From Mizuhopecten yessoensis (Eukaryota): DNA of 64,000 bases. The stretch's first letter is position 1. Every line of letters begins with the position of its first letter. Under the pieces are notes generated by a model that worked only from the letters and a program-made list of their open reading frames with translations, ran no database searches and had not been told where the DNA came from. The stretch lies in the NCBI RefSeq assembly GCF_002113885.1, contig NW_018408815.1, forward strand, positions 627,485 through 691,484. The letters run 5' to 3'. A program made the position numbers and the translations under genes. Shown piece by piece: positions 1-13,400 of the stretch.

Positions 1-184
1 CGTATAAGGCAACATAAAATATAACAATCACGGCGTCAGTACACATCATAGAGGTACGCTGTATAAGGCAATATACAATAACAACCAAGGCGTCAGTACA
101 CATCATATAGGCAGGCTGTATAGGGCAACATACAATATAGAAACTACGGCGTCAGTACACACCATAGCTGCACGCTGTATAAAG
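1..184. repeat. Tandem repeat, about 56-59 bp unit (…cggcgtcagtacacatcata…), interrupted; resumes at about 1384-1455
   Basis: Three copies of gtataaggcaa-ata-aa…cggcgtcagtacaca at the window start; the same unit reappears at 1384-1455. Confidence 0.85.
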
Positions 185-227
185 AAAAAATAAATCTGTG
201 TTGCATTTGCCTATATGTTGTTAGTAA

Positions 228-388
228 ACAGTTGTGCGGAGAGAAGCGCACAACGGGCCGAGCGATTGTGAATCGCACATTCGCACATTTGTGCGCCCCA
301 TGTGTGGACGATGTGCGGATGGTGTGTGAACGATGTATGTACGGTGTGCGCACGCTATTTTCGGTGCGTTGCGTGGTCACACAACTGT
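228..388. mobile_element. Small GC-rich MITE-like insertion with short TIRs
   Basis: acagttgtg … cacaactgt terminal inverted repeat around a GC-rich, loosely palindromic core. Confidence 0.4.
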
Positions 389-532
389 ATCATTAAGAAA
401 TGTAGGTCATCGCAAAAAATAAAGCAACTTCACAAATTATGACAATATAAATTTATTATAAGATGTGTAGATACCACAAAATTATTTTAAGCGCCATTCT
501 AGATACGAAATTACCAAGTCTGTCAACGTCAT

Positions 533-750
533 CACACAAGGGCTCGGTTTCGAGATTTTGAGTTATACATAACAGAGACGTACATACGTCTATTTACATA
601 ACATCAGTGAATAACCATAACACTAAAATTTTGCATTTATAAAACCTTGTAAACGTCGAGGACATCGACCAGGTTAAATACCTTTTTAAGTGTTGTGGTT
701 CTTCAGTGACAAAAATCCGTTACTTAAAGTCACGAAACCGAGCCCCTGTG
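533..750. mobile_element. MITE with about 30 bp TIRs and a probable 8 bp TSD (hAT-like)
   Basis: cacaagggctcggtttcgagattttgagt (from 535) matches the reverse complement of 721-750 (cacaggggctcggtttcgtgactttaagta). Flanks are aacgtcat (525-532) and aacgtcgt (751-758). Confidence 0.7.
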
Positions 751-879
751 AACGTCGTTTGCTAGCGATGCTAATCTGACCGATTAGACATGGAATCTGT
801 TTCAAACGAAATGTCACTGGAATCGTTATCACCTACTGAAAGGACCATTTTAATTAAAAATTTCCGAGAATTTATGCTT

Positions 880-1004
880 CTGAAAATAACGTTATATTTC
901 AGTCGATGGGAACATAAGCGTTTCCGAAGAAACAATCGAGTCCGTTCAGCGCCGCATCACTTCCAAATACATGTATCCTATCAATGCGCGTAAAACAGCT
1001 TTAA
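880..1004 (+). mobile_element. Dispersed repeat end terminating in CAGCT-TTAA (Kolobok-like non-autonomous DNA transposon end), copy 1
   Basis: About 125 bp closely similar to 22571-22696; a shorter fragment occurs at about 24052-24077. Both long copies end at …aaaacagctttaa. Confidence 0.6.
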
Positions 1005-1248
1005 TTTTAAACAAGCAGAAGTTATGCAATTATTAACAGTTTTTTCAACATATACACACTCATATAAAATGAATAATAAAGTTAAGTTTGTGTTCAAACC
1101 ATTTTATGTGGGTGTTGTTTAAAATGACACGAGGAACAATATTATTTCTTCTGGAAATACTGACGTCAATGATATGATAAGCGGGATATTCAAACGTATT
1201 TTATTTTTGTTTCAGTTCCTATACAAAACAACTATATAAATGTAAAAA

Positions 1249-1382
1249 TAAGCCTTGAAGTGTTAGCAGATGTAGTATACAGTCGATATGAATGCATTTA
1301 ACGGGCGACATGAATATGTATCTGTCACTCAAATTGTATTCATATCGATTGTACACTGCATCTGGTAACAGTTAAATGCTTA
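1249..1382 (-). mobile_element. Degenerate long terminal hairpin of an asymmetric hairpin element (element probably about 195-1385, with nested MITEs)
   Basis: tgttagcagatgtagtatacagtcgatatgaatgca pairs imperfectly with tgtattcatatcgattgtacactgcatctggtaaca. It sits exactly where the interrupted tandem repeat resumes. Confidence 0.6.
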
Positions 1383-4300
1383 AATATACAATATAAAAAC
1401 CACGGCGTCATTATAAAATATATATAAACTACGGCGTCAGTACACACACTATAATTGTTACTATATAGGTTCTGAAATAGTGGATCAGCTGTGAGCTAAT
1501 AATCAATGAGTGAGGGTGATTTGATATGTTACTGCTCAGGAAAGGAAAGCTAGATCCTAGACATTTAAATGTGGGCGTATCAGTCATTGATAGATACGAT
1601 TCCGGTTAGACAGATCCTACTGTCAGCCAATAGTTTGCCTGTCAAACAAAACCGAGATCATGATTCACCCTGTGTGATCTGCTACAATGTAATAATGAAC
1701 AAATTTATGTTTGCTTGTGTGGCTTTCGTTTAGCGCGATCCAAACGTTTGGACCAGGGTTATTCGTTTATGAAATAAGGTTGGACCTCGTAATCTCATGG
1801 TTTTGAAAGGCCTGCATAAACATTTGCAGTTCGGCCAGAATTACTCGAAAATGTTACATTTAAAAAACACAAACTGGTTGTACCGCATAAAAACAAACAG
1901 GCCCTTGGTTGCCCGGATGGTCTGTTCATGGGAATAATCCAATACAATGTCCGTCATAAAATGCAGCGTTATTATGCTTTCATTTAATGTCCGTCTTTGT
2001 AATACATATTCGATATCGATCGCTCTAAATATTTTTTTTGTATCATACTAGGAATGTGACACCGACCTCATTTATTATCAATGCATAGTGGAGATTCTTT
2101 TTATAGGTCGCTTTGACCGGATTTATTCCTTGTACATTTCTGATAATGGGTATGTCAAAGAAATTGGTATAAAATCATATAAAAGCCATTGAGATTGATA
2201 TCAATACTCAGACCACAGTTTAGTTGAAAAGTGTATATTATAAGACGCAATGAAGCCAAACTTGTATGTGTGTTTAACAAGAAGCGAACAAAAAGAATGA
2301 CGTGAAGCGAACTACATTTGTAAAAGGTCATATTGCTTACATGCTGGTTCCCGTAATTTTCCATCTATCGTGTAAATGCTTAGTAATTGTTTAGCAATGC
2401 AAGTATTGAATAAGACTCTGTTTGCTAAATCGTTTGGAAAAATAAAATATATACATTATATATGGATTTATACCAGAGCGTCAGCACATAAGGGTAACAC
2501 GAATCAATATCGACATAAATAAAGTCATAAATCTATACATCGTACCGATGGAGAAACAAGGTACTCCCGCAGGGAAAATATATTTTAAAGTTTATGTTCA
2601 AACGTCATGAGTTGAGCTTTCAAATCTAAGAAAGTAAGTTGGTCGACAATCTGAGACAGAAATATTATGTACATTGTATTTTGTAATTAAAAACCGATTA
2701 TTGTGAATCAGTACCACTATACATATTACTCGTCGTAGCTAGTTTTAATCAAAGTTGTCAATACCTGCACCATTTAACATGATATGTATTGTTTAGATTA
2801 TTTCATTAATACCTGTGTACATTGTCCTCGGAGGCGGATGAAGCCTCCCTGGTGCCGGTTCATTATTCCTCTCTTGTGATAGTTATTCGAATATCATTAC
2901 ATGTAATCGTCATCAGCATTCGTCATTGTATCACATTTGATTGTGTTAAAAAGATGTTTACTGATTGCTGATAAGCCATATTTCTGCTGCAATAATTTGT
3001 CTACCTTATCACAAAATTGACAGTTTGTGGCTATACAGGGTTACTATAATTGTATACATTTTGATTGATTAATGCAGTAATAATTGGTTATTATCGCATG
3101 CTTTTCAGGAAACTTTAAATTCCATTCAAACAGCAAACTACCTTTAACACAGATTTGATCGAATGTGAAAATAATTGCAATTGTTATTGCGAAGATAAGA
3201 ATTACTCAAACTTTCACATACACGAGGAAATATTGTACGAAACAATCGTATTTGAAATTGAAATAAAAATGGATTAGAGATAACATTTGGAAGGTTTCTT
3301 TTGTTAGGGTAAAATGCTTGTCGCAGTACAAACAGGTGCGAGAATTATCTCATAGACCATTACCAACTTCTACTCTTAGTATAGAAGTAATTTAATTGTT
3401 TCTTAGATCACCCCGAGTTACTTATCACAGTACACATATATGCTGTCTCTCGTTCTAGCTTTTCTTATTATGGAAATCTGCATATCAAAATTTCCATCAC
3501 AGATTTGAATGTTGAACTTACCACAGGAAGCTATCAACAATTGCTTACCGAAAAGAGATAATCCCTGTACGGATTTAACTAGGGTGCTAATCGCTCCATC
3601 TCGTGTATGAATTCGGCCAAAAAAACCGGAGGTGGTGATAAGGAAAGCATGCCAATTAGCTGGCGATATCTGGTTACGCTATTTAGACATCTGATAATGA
3701 TGGTATCTAACACAATACGACAGGCGTAGATAAGGTTGATCTGGAATGCCTTTTTTGTTATGTAATAATCTTTCCAATGTTCAATTGAGCGTTTTCACGT
3801 TCTAATGGCATGCCAAGTGCGACGATTTGTTAATTTCCGCATAGCAGGTATCTGATACCATGAAAACGAAAACGAAAAGCTTCGATAGAAACCAAAATCT
3901 GATAAAAAAACAAATTTGGTGTGAAATACAAAAATGTTAAATGGAATTATTGAATAATAGTTTTTGTGCCCAGTTATTCCTTTCCTTGGAAGACTATAGG
4001 GTCATTTTAAAATACACTAAATAGAATAATTGTAATATCAGTTATAAACGTGCACAAAACAATTTAGTTTAGTTCGGATTGAAGGGATCTAACTGGCATG
4101 CCGGCATAACTTAAATTTGTTCATAGCTAAATTTCATCTCATTGAAAAGATTTTGTTATTTTCTAATGTTTTAATTACGGAACGACATCCCATATTTTTT
4201 GTAAGATGTACAACTGATTAAGACCTATTCACAATGTGTTTAACGGACTGCAAACCGTCAAATTGACAAACATAAAAAGTGCTTCGAATTCAAATCAAGT

Positions 4301-5689
4301 GAAATAATATGCGTTCTGAGTAGTTAGAATGTAACTTCAATCGGGTTGGCTTAAGGATTGGGTATTCAATAGAAATGTAAATATAATGATGGTTTGTCTT
4401 GCTTCATTCTCAGAAGATGTAATGAGAAACATATGGCTGATTAAGTGTACATTTATAATCTCTTTTGACGTTGAACACCCATATGTGTTTGCTCAATGTT
4501 GTTTTGTGCAGGAGTCAAGGCTGTTCTAAAAACGCAATATTTGTTTCTCGACCCAAGTTATTATTTAGAACCCAATTAGGATATGAATCTAAAGGCTTTA
4601 TATGGTAAAAAAAGGAATATGAAATCCTTCCATTAATATATTGGACTTTGATGTTTACAGATACTCATTTATAAAGTATATTATTCTATGTCATACAGCT
4701 TGCTTGATATTGCTCTATACACGTATATAAGATCTAATGTTGATTAAACTTCGGTCCACATTAATGAATATTGTATGAGTAAATTAAATGAGACGTTTGA
4801 TTGGTAAGAGGGGATGACATGAGGAGCTAGAATCTTTTCATATTTATTGTAACTCTTCGTGTCAAAGTTAAGGTGTTGTGATAATTTTTTGGAAACTTTA
4901 CTTTGTTTGATTTAGTCTACCTAGCACTACAAATGGGCTCAGTATACTCGGGGAAGCAATCACTTGAACGATTCACATCTTTCTATGGTATGTATCAAAG
5001 TGGCTTCGCGCCACAGAAAGCCTGGTACGTTTTAGCCTAGGCTTAGAGTGTATTTAATTACTATCATACGTATCTGTCTGTAAATGATGTAATTTGAATG
5101 TATATACACCATTGGTAAAAGGAATATGTTGTATAATATTTTATTTGTCCCGACCTCTGCACACTATATACCGTTCTGTCTTTTCTTGACCCGTTCCGCT
5201 GTCTACAAATGTGACATTCCATTTGTCCCCGACCCCTCCTATACCCGTTTTCAATCTCTCCCGACCCTCGTTCGCTACCATTAATTTTAAATATTCTATC
5301 TGTCTTGAAGCCATACACTATACAATATTCTCTACCTATCGATCCAAGGTCAGTGATATCAACATTCGACTGCATCTTCGGTTAATATAGCTAGCTTTGG
5401 GTTGACAAAACCCCATATCGACCTCGTGCTATAATCGTAAAATATTATGTTTATAACTCATTTCCATTATAATCATGTTCTATGTTTATGCATCTAACTT
5501 TTTCGCTTATACATATTCGATATATGACTACCAAATGTATCATTTTTAATTATTATAGGATAATACATATAGTACAGTCATTCCGCTGGTGAAAACGAGA
5601 GTCATTATAACCGTCTATTTGTGTGTTCTGCGATAGTTAATACATTACAATCCCAAATCGTTGTTAAGACATCTGACATCCCCGTTATC

Positions 5690-6320
5690 TTGATAAGACT
5701 AAACATGTGACAGCCTCACTATCTCGATACGACTATACCAATGATCGCCTCAGTTTCTCAATCAGGTATGTTCGTCGCAGTTTAAACCATTAACTCCTAT
5801 TTGTTTACAAGCTAATCACTGACCAAGGTCTTGTAACACATTCGTCAGTGTATAAGTTGGATGATGCATGCTCCATAAAGGACCTTGTGATGGTTACATG
5901 TAGTTACAAGACAAAGTATTGTTTAAAATTAACAGCCTCATTATCTCGATACGACTAGACATATCACAGAATCGTTATATCGATGACACTTGACTTATGA
6001 CATCCTCATTATCTCGATACGACTATACCAATGATTGACTCATTATCCCGATACGACTAGACATATCACAGAATCGTTATATCGATGACACTTGACTTAT
6101 GACAGACTCATGATCTTGATAAGACTATACCAATGATCGCCTCATTTTCACAATCAGGTATGTTCGTCGCAGTTTAAACCATTAACTCCTATTTGTTTAC
6201 AAGCTAATCACTGTCCAAGGTCTTGTAACACATTCGTCAGTGTATAAGTCGGCTGATGCATGCTCCACAGATGACCTTGTGGTGGTTCGTTACAAGACAA
6301 AGTATTGTTTAAAATTAAAA
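5690..6320. repeat. Local modular duplication (about 200 bp block twice, separated by repeated ctcattatctcgatacgacta modules)
   Basis: About 5733-5932 is nearly identical to about 6124-6318. A 'tagacatatcacagaatcgttatatcgatgacacttgacttatgaca' module occurs twice in between. Confidence 0.9.
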
Positions 6321-9300
6321 ATTACATGTGCATCTGCAATACAATGGTTCATGTTTCAAAGGAGCAATATATCTTTTAGGTATTTCATAAGCTCTTGGTT
6401 CTCAGGTTGTTGGTGATACTATTTGAGACAAACATTTTCGTAAATATTTGAAGATACATTACCGTTGTTAATTTCCTATACTTAAAAGAAAGCATTCCTT
6501 TAAATCGTTTTTTCTAGAGGATATCCATATCCCTTCTCTATGATTTACTTCTTTAGATTCCACAAATTAAAAGATTCCCTTTTTCCTTTGGTATTTTCTA
6601 TTTTTTGATTCCATATCTTAAAAAATATACTGAAATTGATTAGGTTCCTTTTCTCTAGACTATCTGTATACTAGAGAAATCCAGTGAACTGCCCTAGCCT
6701 TTTGGTACTTTGTTATCTTGAGGGTTTTGCCTTTTTGTACTGTCTTTCAGCTATTTCGTGATGCCAAAAAATTTCCATATTCTTGTATCGCTTACTTTCA
6801 TTTGAATCTTTAAACTAGATATTTATCGTATTTAATAGGTGATTTCTGTCGAACTGTTCATTAAACGTTTTGCTTTTGTTTCCTTAGAAGGGTTTACATT
6901 GATATTACGTTGTATGAAACACATTGATGTCCATATAAAGACAAAATAGGAACTAAAAGTGAAAACCGAAAACAGAACAATAGAGCCTGATAAGACACAA
7001 TGGAGAGAGACACGATGAATCACAAACAAAAGCACGATTAGCTATTTTAAGAAAATTAATCTATAAAAGCACAAGGACCTGATCAACACGGCAAGCTCTA
7101 TTGATAAAATGACACCCTCTATCTTAAGTAGCCATTTTATCCAACAACAGGTATTTTTCCACACGAATAGTTTTGGTGTTAAATTGCTCTTGTATTGTGT
7201 GATAATAATCTCATTAGAATACATTGCTTCGATTCTTTCCTAATCAGTGACAATTTCGCGAGAATGTCGACGATCAGATAGCTCGTTTTCACTTTGCAGA
7301 TGAAACAGTTACGAGTAATTATCAATGATACATTCAGTGACATTGACGTCATAGGGACGCCCATCCATTGATTGTGAATAGATTTCAATACAACTGCGGA
7401 TACAAGGAAATTCAAACTCGTTTCTGATATTAGCGTGCGATATCTCGAACAGCCAAAGTAGGTCATTAATTGTATGTCATGATATCGTTACGACTTTCAA
7501 CCTTATTCCCGTGGTTTCTTTATAAAACTAGAGAGTTTTGTACCAAAACATTAATAGTCAATACAGGCATTAGCTATATGTCATAGCCAATCGGCTCCGT
7601 TGTTAGTCGAAATTACCATTGATTTAAATAATACAAATATTGGCTTGCTGCTTCTTAATTGGGACTCTTTGGTTTATTTAGTGAAGTCGTTTTATCTTAG
7701 TTGAACCGCATGTAATACAGCCGGCACAGATCGGGATCAAGACAAAACTCGGCAATATTCAGCAAAAGTCGTGGGGTCAAGTCGTACTTCGCTGAAACTT
7801 CACGACATCATTCTATCGCGAATTTTTATTTATTCTTTTTAATTTTGCATAAACAAGGCTAATGCACGTACATGTATATCCTTTGGAACAGTTTATGAAA
7901 CTAAGCTTACAGGAGAAGAAAATATAAAAAAAAATATACTGTTATTTCTATAACAGAACTCTCCGAAACTACTTTTTGAGCTCTGCCTATTGCGTTGGCC
8001 CACTTCTGTATGTTCGCTTATCACGGATTTTTTCTGTGCCAACTGGACCGATTCAATCGTCATTGTGATGTTACATTATTGTCAACAATAGTGGTAGGCA
8101 AGGTAACGAGCATAAGTGGATAGAAAACTGATACACAATGCTACTTTCTTATCTATTACAGAGATTAAAAATTACCAGTTATATAGTGCTGGTATATGAT
8201 ATAAGAACCTGATTACAAAATGACATAACGCTGATTTCCATAACAGATGAACTGTTGTTAATTGGTAAACTAGATTTAACATAATGAAGTTTCCTCCAAT
8301 TTTATCTCTATTCGCAAGTTTTATAAAACAACGCGTTATTGTTACAGGAAAAACCTATGTCGATATATCTTTATCACGTTACCAGCGTAAATCAAACGTT
8401 TATGTTGCTGAATATTTACAAAATGTGTTGATTTAACCAAACATACTATATTGTTAATAAGACAGTAGATAAAACACACGGCATGAATAATAAACTACTG
8501 CTTACTTTTCTTATTATGTACAACTTCCACACGGGAGCTTCACATCCTGCTGTGATCAACAATCAACAACTGTACTAGAGCGCTGTATTGTACAATCGCA
8601 TCGTACAGGTTCACCTGTCTAGAACAGTTGGCCAACACAACAAGTCGTATCCGCCCCCTAGTTAACCTATTATCTATGTTTGTTTGTGTTCAAGAAGGCT
8701 CCTCATAGTTGGGGGTTGCTAATGATACAAGGACGCCATATAATATTTAAGTAAAACATAAAACAGACATCGGCTAATACCTGTTATAGATATACGATCT
8801 TCAACTAGACTTTTAAAAAGGAACATATTTCAAGCAATGGCAAATGAGAATTTTGTATTATTTCTTTCATTACTTAGTTACATTTCCAACTGATATACTA
8901 AAATAAATTTAAAAAAAAAAGATTTCATTGGCTTATCTAAGCCTCTAAAGTGGTTTTGTTTTTTGTTTTACTGAAGGTAACAATAAACATGCATTAATTT
9001 TAAGTTTACATTATTAAAGTTCTACTTTTAAGTAGAAGTCGGTTACATGTTATACTCTAGATCATTATATACTGGGCGACTAAATATGTAATCACTTCTA
9101 TATTATATACATCGTATCAAACATATGTTGAAACAGTAGCATAGGCTTAATGTGACGACAACCGGAAGACGAGTAGATAATTAAAAAAATGATCGGTTAG
9201 GCTAGCCATCATAAATACGATGATAATAAGATATGATAACTTAGTCTATCGTATGTGTTTGTATACTTTTTACGCTGATATTGTATATGTTAACGCTATG

Positions 9301-10489
9301 TAAAACGCATTTATTTGGTATACTAAAGGGTAAATACTTTCAATGACTACAGTTTGATGAGGTACTATTTTCAGTTGATGAAGTATTGATAGAAATGATG
9401 TTTCAGTATTAGGCATAATGTTGTATGGACCATTCATTACGGGACGTCAGAGGAATAGGTTGTGGTAATAGCTATACCACTGGAGTGCCTTCAATGTGCA
9501 AAGAAAACACTGTATCTACAGTCTATACATTGTATAAGTAGCAATCAAGCTGGGTGGTTGTAACTCTATGCCCCAGCTATTGTAACGTGTTACTAAGTAC
9601 TTGTAAGGTTAAGAGACCAACGTCCGATTCTTTGAAAATTACTATTTAATTTCTACAAGTTGCTTGTGGTAAACGATATCTATTTACGTTTTTGAAAACA
9701 AAAATGAAGGTAAGCATGAATATTCTATCAGTTATTTACAAAGACTGATGAAAAGAAACGACCCCTAACATGTTTGTATATAAACTTTATTTATTTTACA
9801 GCAATTGTAAAACAAGATATTCAACTTACATTAATGGCATTGTTGGACCGGATGTTAAAGCGCAGATTTAATATTAAATGTCTCACACTCATTTTGACCA
9901 AATAAAATTATAATTTAACAATGTATTGGTCCCATAATGTTCGAGTCATCACTTGAAAATGACAACATCTTTAATGTCTGAAATAAGTCATTTCTAATTT
10001 TGTTCTGGAAATCTGACACTTGTTATGATTAATGCGTTTGCGATTCTTTACAATTCTGTCGGAAATGATATTGATTGGAAACAGTATACTAGAATAACAA
10101 ATGAATGTCTCCGGTTTATTTTGATCAGGACATGAAATCTGTCGTAAGAAAAACTTATGTTTTTAGTAAAATTATTGATACTAATATGATGGCATTTCCA
10201 ACCGCAGAGAGTGTATAAAATTACCAGAGAAATTTCTCTTGTTATACAAAAAAATGAAGTCTAGATAATAAACAATTTCTAATAGAGGAAGTGCAAGAAG
10301 TTCAGGAATTCTTCTGTTACAAAACAAATAAGCTGAAAGCTAGATGATATGCTCACTTCACACAGAACGCATTATTGCTTCCTTTAGTAATGGTAATAGA
10401 ATGTCGTAAATCATTGCGACGGCATTGGTCTTCATCGTGTGTAAAGGATAGTTTCTAAAGCCTCCTCGTAACGAGGACGATGTGTTACA

Positions 10490-13400
10490 TGTGAAGATGC
10501 AGTCTCTCAGACACCATGTTATGACTGTTAGTTTGTATCCAATAGGGTACGTAAGGATGCAGTCTCTAAGACACCATGTTATGGCTGTTGATAAGTCTCT
10601 AAGACACCATGCTATGGCTGTTGATATAGTCTCTAAGACACCATGCAATGGATGTTTATACAGTCTCTCAAACATCATGTTATGACTGTTACTTTGTATA
10701 CAATAGGGTACGTAAGGATGCAGTCTCTAAGACACCATGTTATGGCTGTTGATAAGTCTCTAAGACACCATGCTATGGCTGTTGATATAGTCTCTAAGAC
10801 ACCATGCAATGGATGTTTATACAGTCTCTCAAACATCATGTTATGACTGTTACTTTGTATCCAATAAGGTACGTAAGGATGCAGTCTCTCAAACACCTTG
10901 TTATGGCTGATGATGCAGTCTATAAGACACCATGCTATGGCTGTTGATGCAGTGTCTAAGACACCATGCTATGGCTGTTACTTTGGGTACAATAGGGCAC
11001 GTAAGGATGCAGTCTCTAAGACACCATACTATGGATGTTGTGCTGTCTCTTAGACACCATGCTATGGCTGTTGATAAGTCTCTCAGACACCTTGCTATGG
11101 TTGTTGATGCAGTCCCTCAGACACCTTGCTATGGTTGTTGATGCCTAAGACACCATGCTATGGCTGTTACTTTGTATACAATAGGGTACGGAAGGATGCA
11201 GTCTCTAAGACACCATGCTATGGCTGTTACTTTGTATACAATAGGGGACGTAAGGATGCAGTCTTTAAGATACCATGCTATTGCTGTTGATACGGTCTCT
11301 CAGACACCATGCTATGGCTGTTGATGCAGTTTCTTAAACACCATGTTATGACTGTTACTTTGTATTTGATGCAGTCTCTCAGACACCTTGCTATGGCTGT
11401 TGATGCAGTGTCTAAGACCCCATGCTATGGCTGTTATTATGGCTGTTACTTTGTATACAATAGGGTACGGAAGGATGCAGTCTCTAAGACACCATGCTAT
11501 GGCTATTGATAAAGTCTCTCAGACACCATGCTATGACTGTTAGTTTGTAAACAATAGTGTACGTAAGGATGCAGCCTCTAGGACACCATGCTATGGCTGT
11601 TGATGGTACGTAAGGATGCAGTCTCTCAAACACCATGTTATGGCTGATGATGTAGTCTATAAGACGCCATGCTATGGCTGTTGATGCAGTCTCTAAGACA
11701 CCATGCTATGGATGTTGTGCTGTCTCTTAGACACTCTAAGACACCATGCAATGGATGTTTATACAGTCTCTAAAACATCATGTTATGACTGTTACTTTGT
11801 ATCCAATAAGGTACGTAAGGATGCAGTCTCTCAAACACCATGTTATGGCTGATGATGCAGTCTATAAGACCCCATGCTATGGCTGTTGATGCAGTCTTTA
11901 TGACACCATGCTATGGATGTCGATGCAGTCTCTAAGACACCATGCTATGGATGTTGTGCTGTCTCTTAGACACCATGCTATGGCTGTTGATACAGTCTCT
12001 CAGACACCATGCTATGACTGTTAGTTTGTAAACAATAGGGTACGTAAGGATGCAGTCTCTAAGACACCATGCTATGGCTATTGATAAAGTCTCTCAGACA
12101 CCATGCTATGACTGTTAGTTTGTAAACAATAGGGTACGTAAGGATGCAGTCTCTCAAACACCATGTTATGGCTGATGATGTAGTCTATAAGACGCCATGC
12201 TATGGCTGTTGATGCAGTCTCTAAGACACCATGCTATGGCTATTGATACAGTCTCTCAGACACCATGCTATGACTGTTAGTTTGTAAACAATAGGGTACG
12301 TAAGGATGCAGTCTCTAGGACACCATGCTATGGCTGCTGATGCAGTGTCTAAGACACCATGCTATGGCTGTTACTATGGCTGTTATTTTGTATACAATAG
12401 GGTACGTAAGGATGCAGTCCCTAAGACACCTTGCTATGGCTGTTGATGCAGTCTCTCAGACATCATGCTATGGATGTTTGTTTGTATACCATTGGGTACG
12501 TAAGGATGTAGTCTCTCAGACGCCATGCTATGGCTGTTGATACAGTCTCTAAGACACCATGCATTGGATGTTTATACAGTCTCTGAAACATCATGTTATG
12601 ACTGTTACTTTGTATCCAATAAGGTACGTAAGGATGCAGTCTCTCAAACACCATGTTATGGCTGATGATGCAGTCTATAAGACACCCTGCTATGGCTGTT
12701 GATGCAGTCTTTAAGACACCATGCTATGGATGTCGATGCAGGCTCTTAGACACCATGCTATGGATGTTGATGCAGTCTCTTAGACACCATGCTATGGATG
12801 TTGATGCAGTCTCTAAGACGAAATGTTTTGACTGTAACTTTGTATACAATAGGGTACTTAAGGATGCAGTCTCTAAGACACCATGTTATGGCTGTTGATA
12901 CAGTCTCTCAGACACCATGCTATGACTGTTAGTTTGTAAACAATAGGGTACGTAAGGATGCAGTCTCTAGGACACCATGCTATGGCTGTTGATGCAGTGT
13001 CTAAGACACCATGCTATGGCTGTTACTTTGTATACAATAGGATACGTAAGGATGCAGTCTCTAAGACACCATGCTATGGCTGCTGATGCAGTCTTTTAGT
13101 CACCATGCTATGACTGCTGATACAGTCTCTCAAACACCATGTTATGACTGTTACTTTGTATTTGATGCAGTCTCTCAGACATCATGCTATGGATGTTAGG
13201 TTGGATACAATTGGGGACGTAAGGATGCAGTCTCTCAGCTACCATTCTATGGCTGTTGATACAGTCTCTCAGACACCGTACTATGGCTGTTGATGCAGTG
13301 TCTAAGACAGCATGCTATGGCTGTTACTTTGTATAGAATAGGATACGTAAGGATGCAGTCTCTCAGACCCCATGCTATGGCTGTTGATGCAGTTTCTTAA

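Noticed and set aside
5320-5445. Possible fifth long-hairpin element end
   Set aside because: Only weak residual pairing (ccaagg…gatatcaac against gttaatat…ctttgg) is visible; too degenerate to call.
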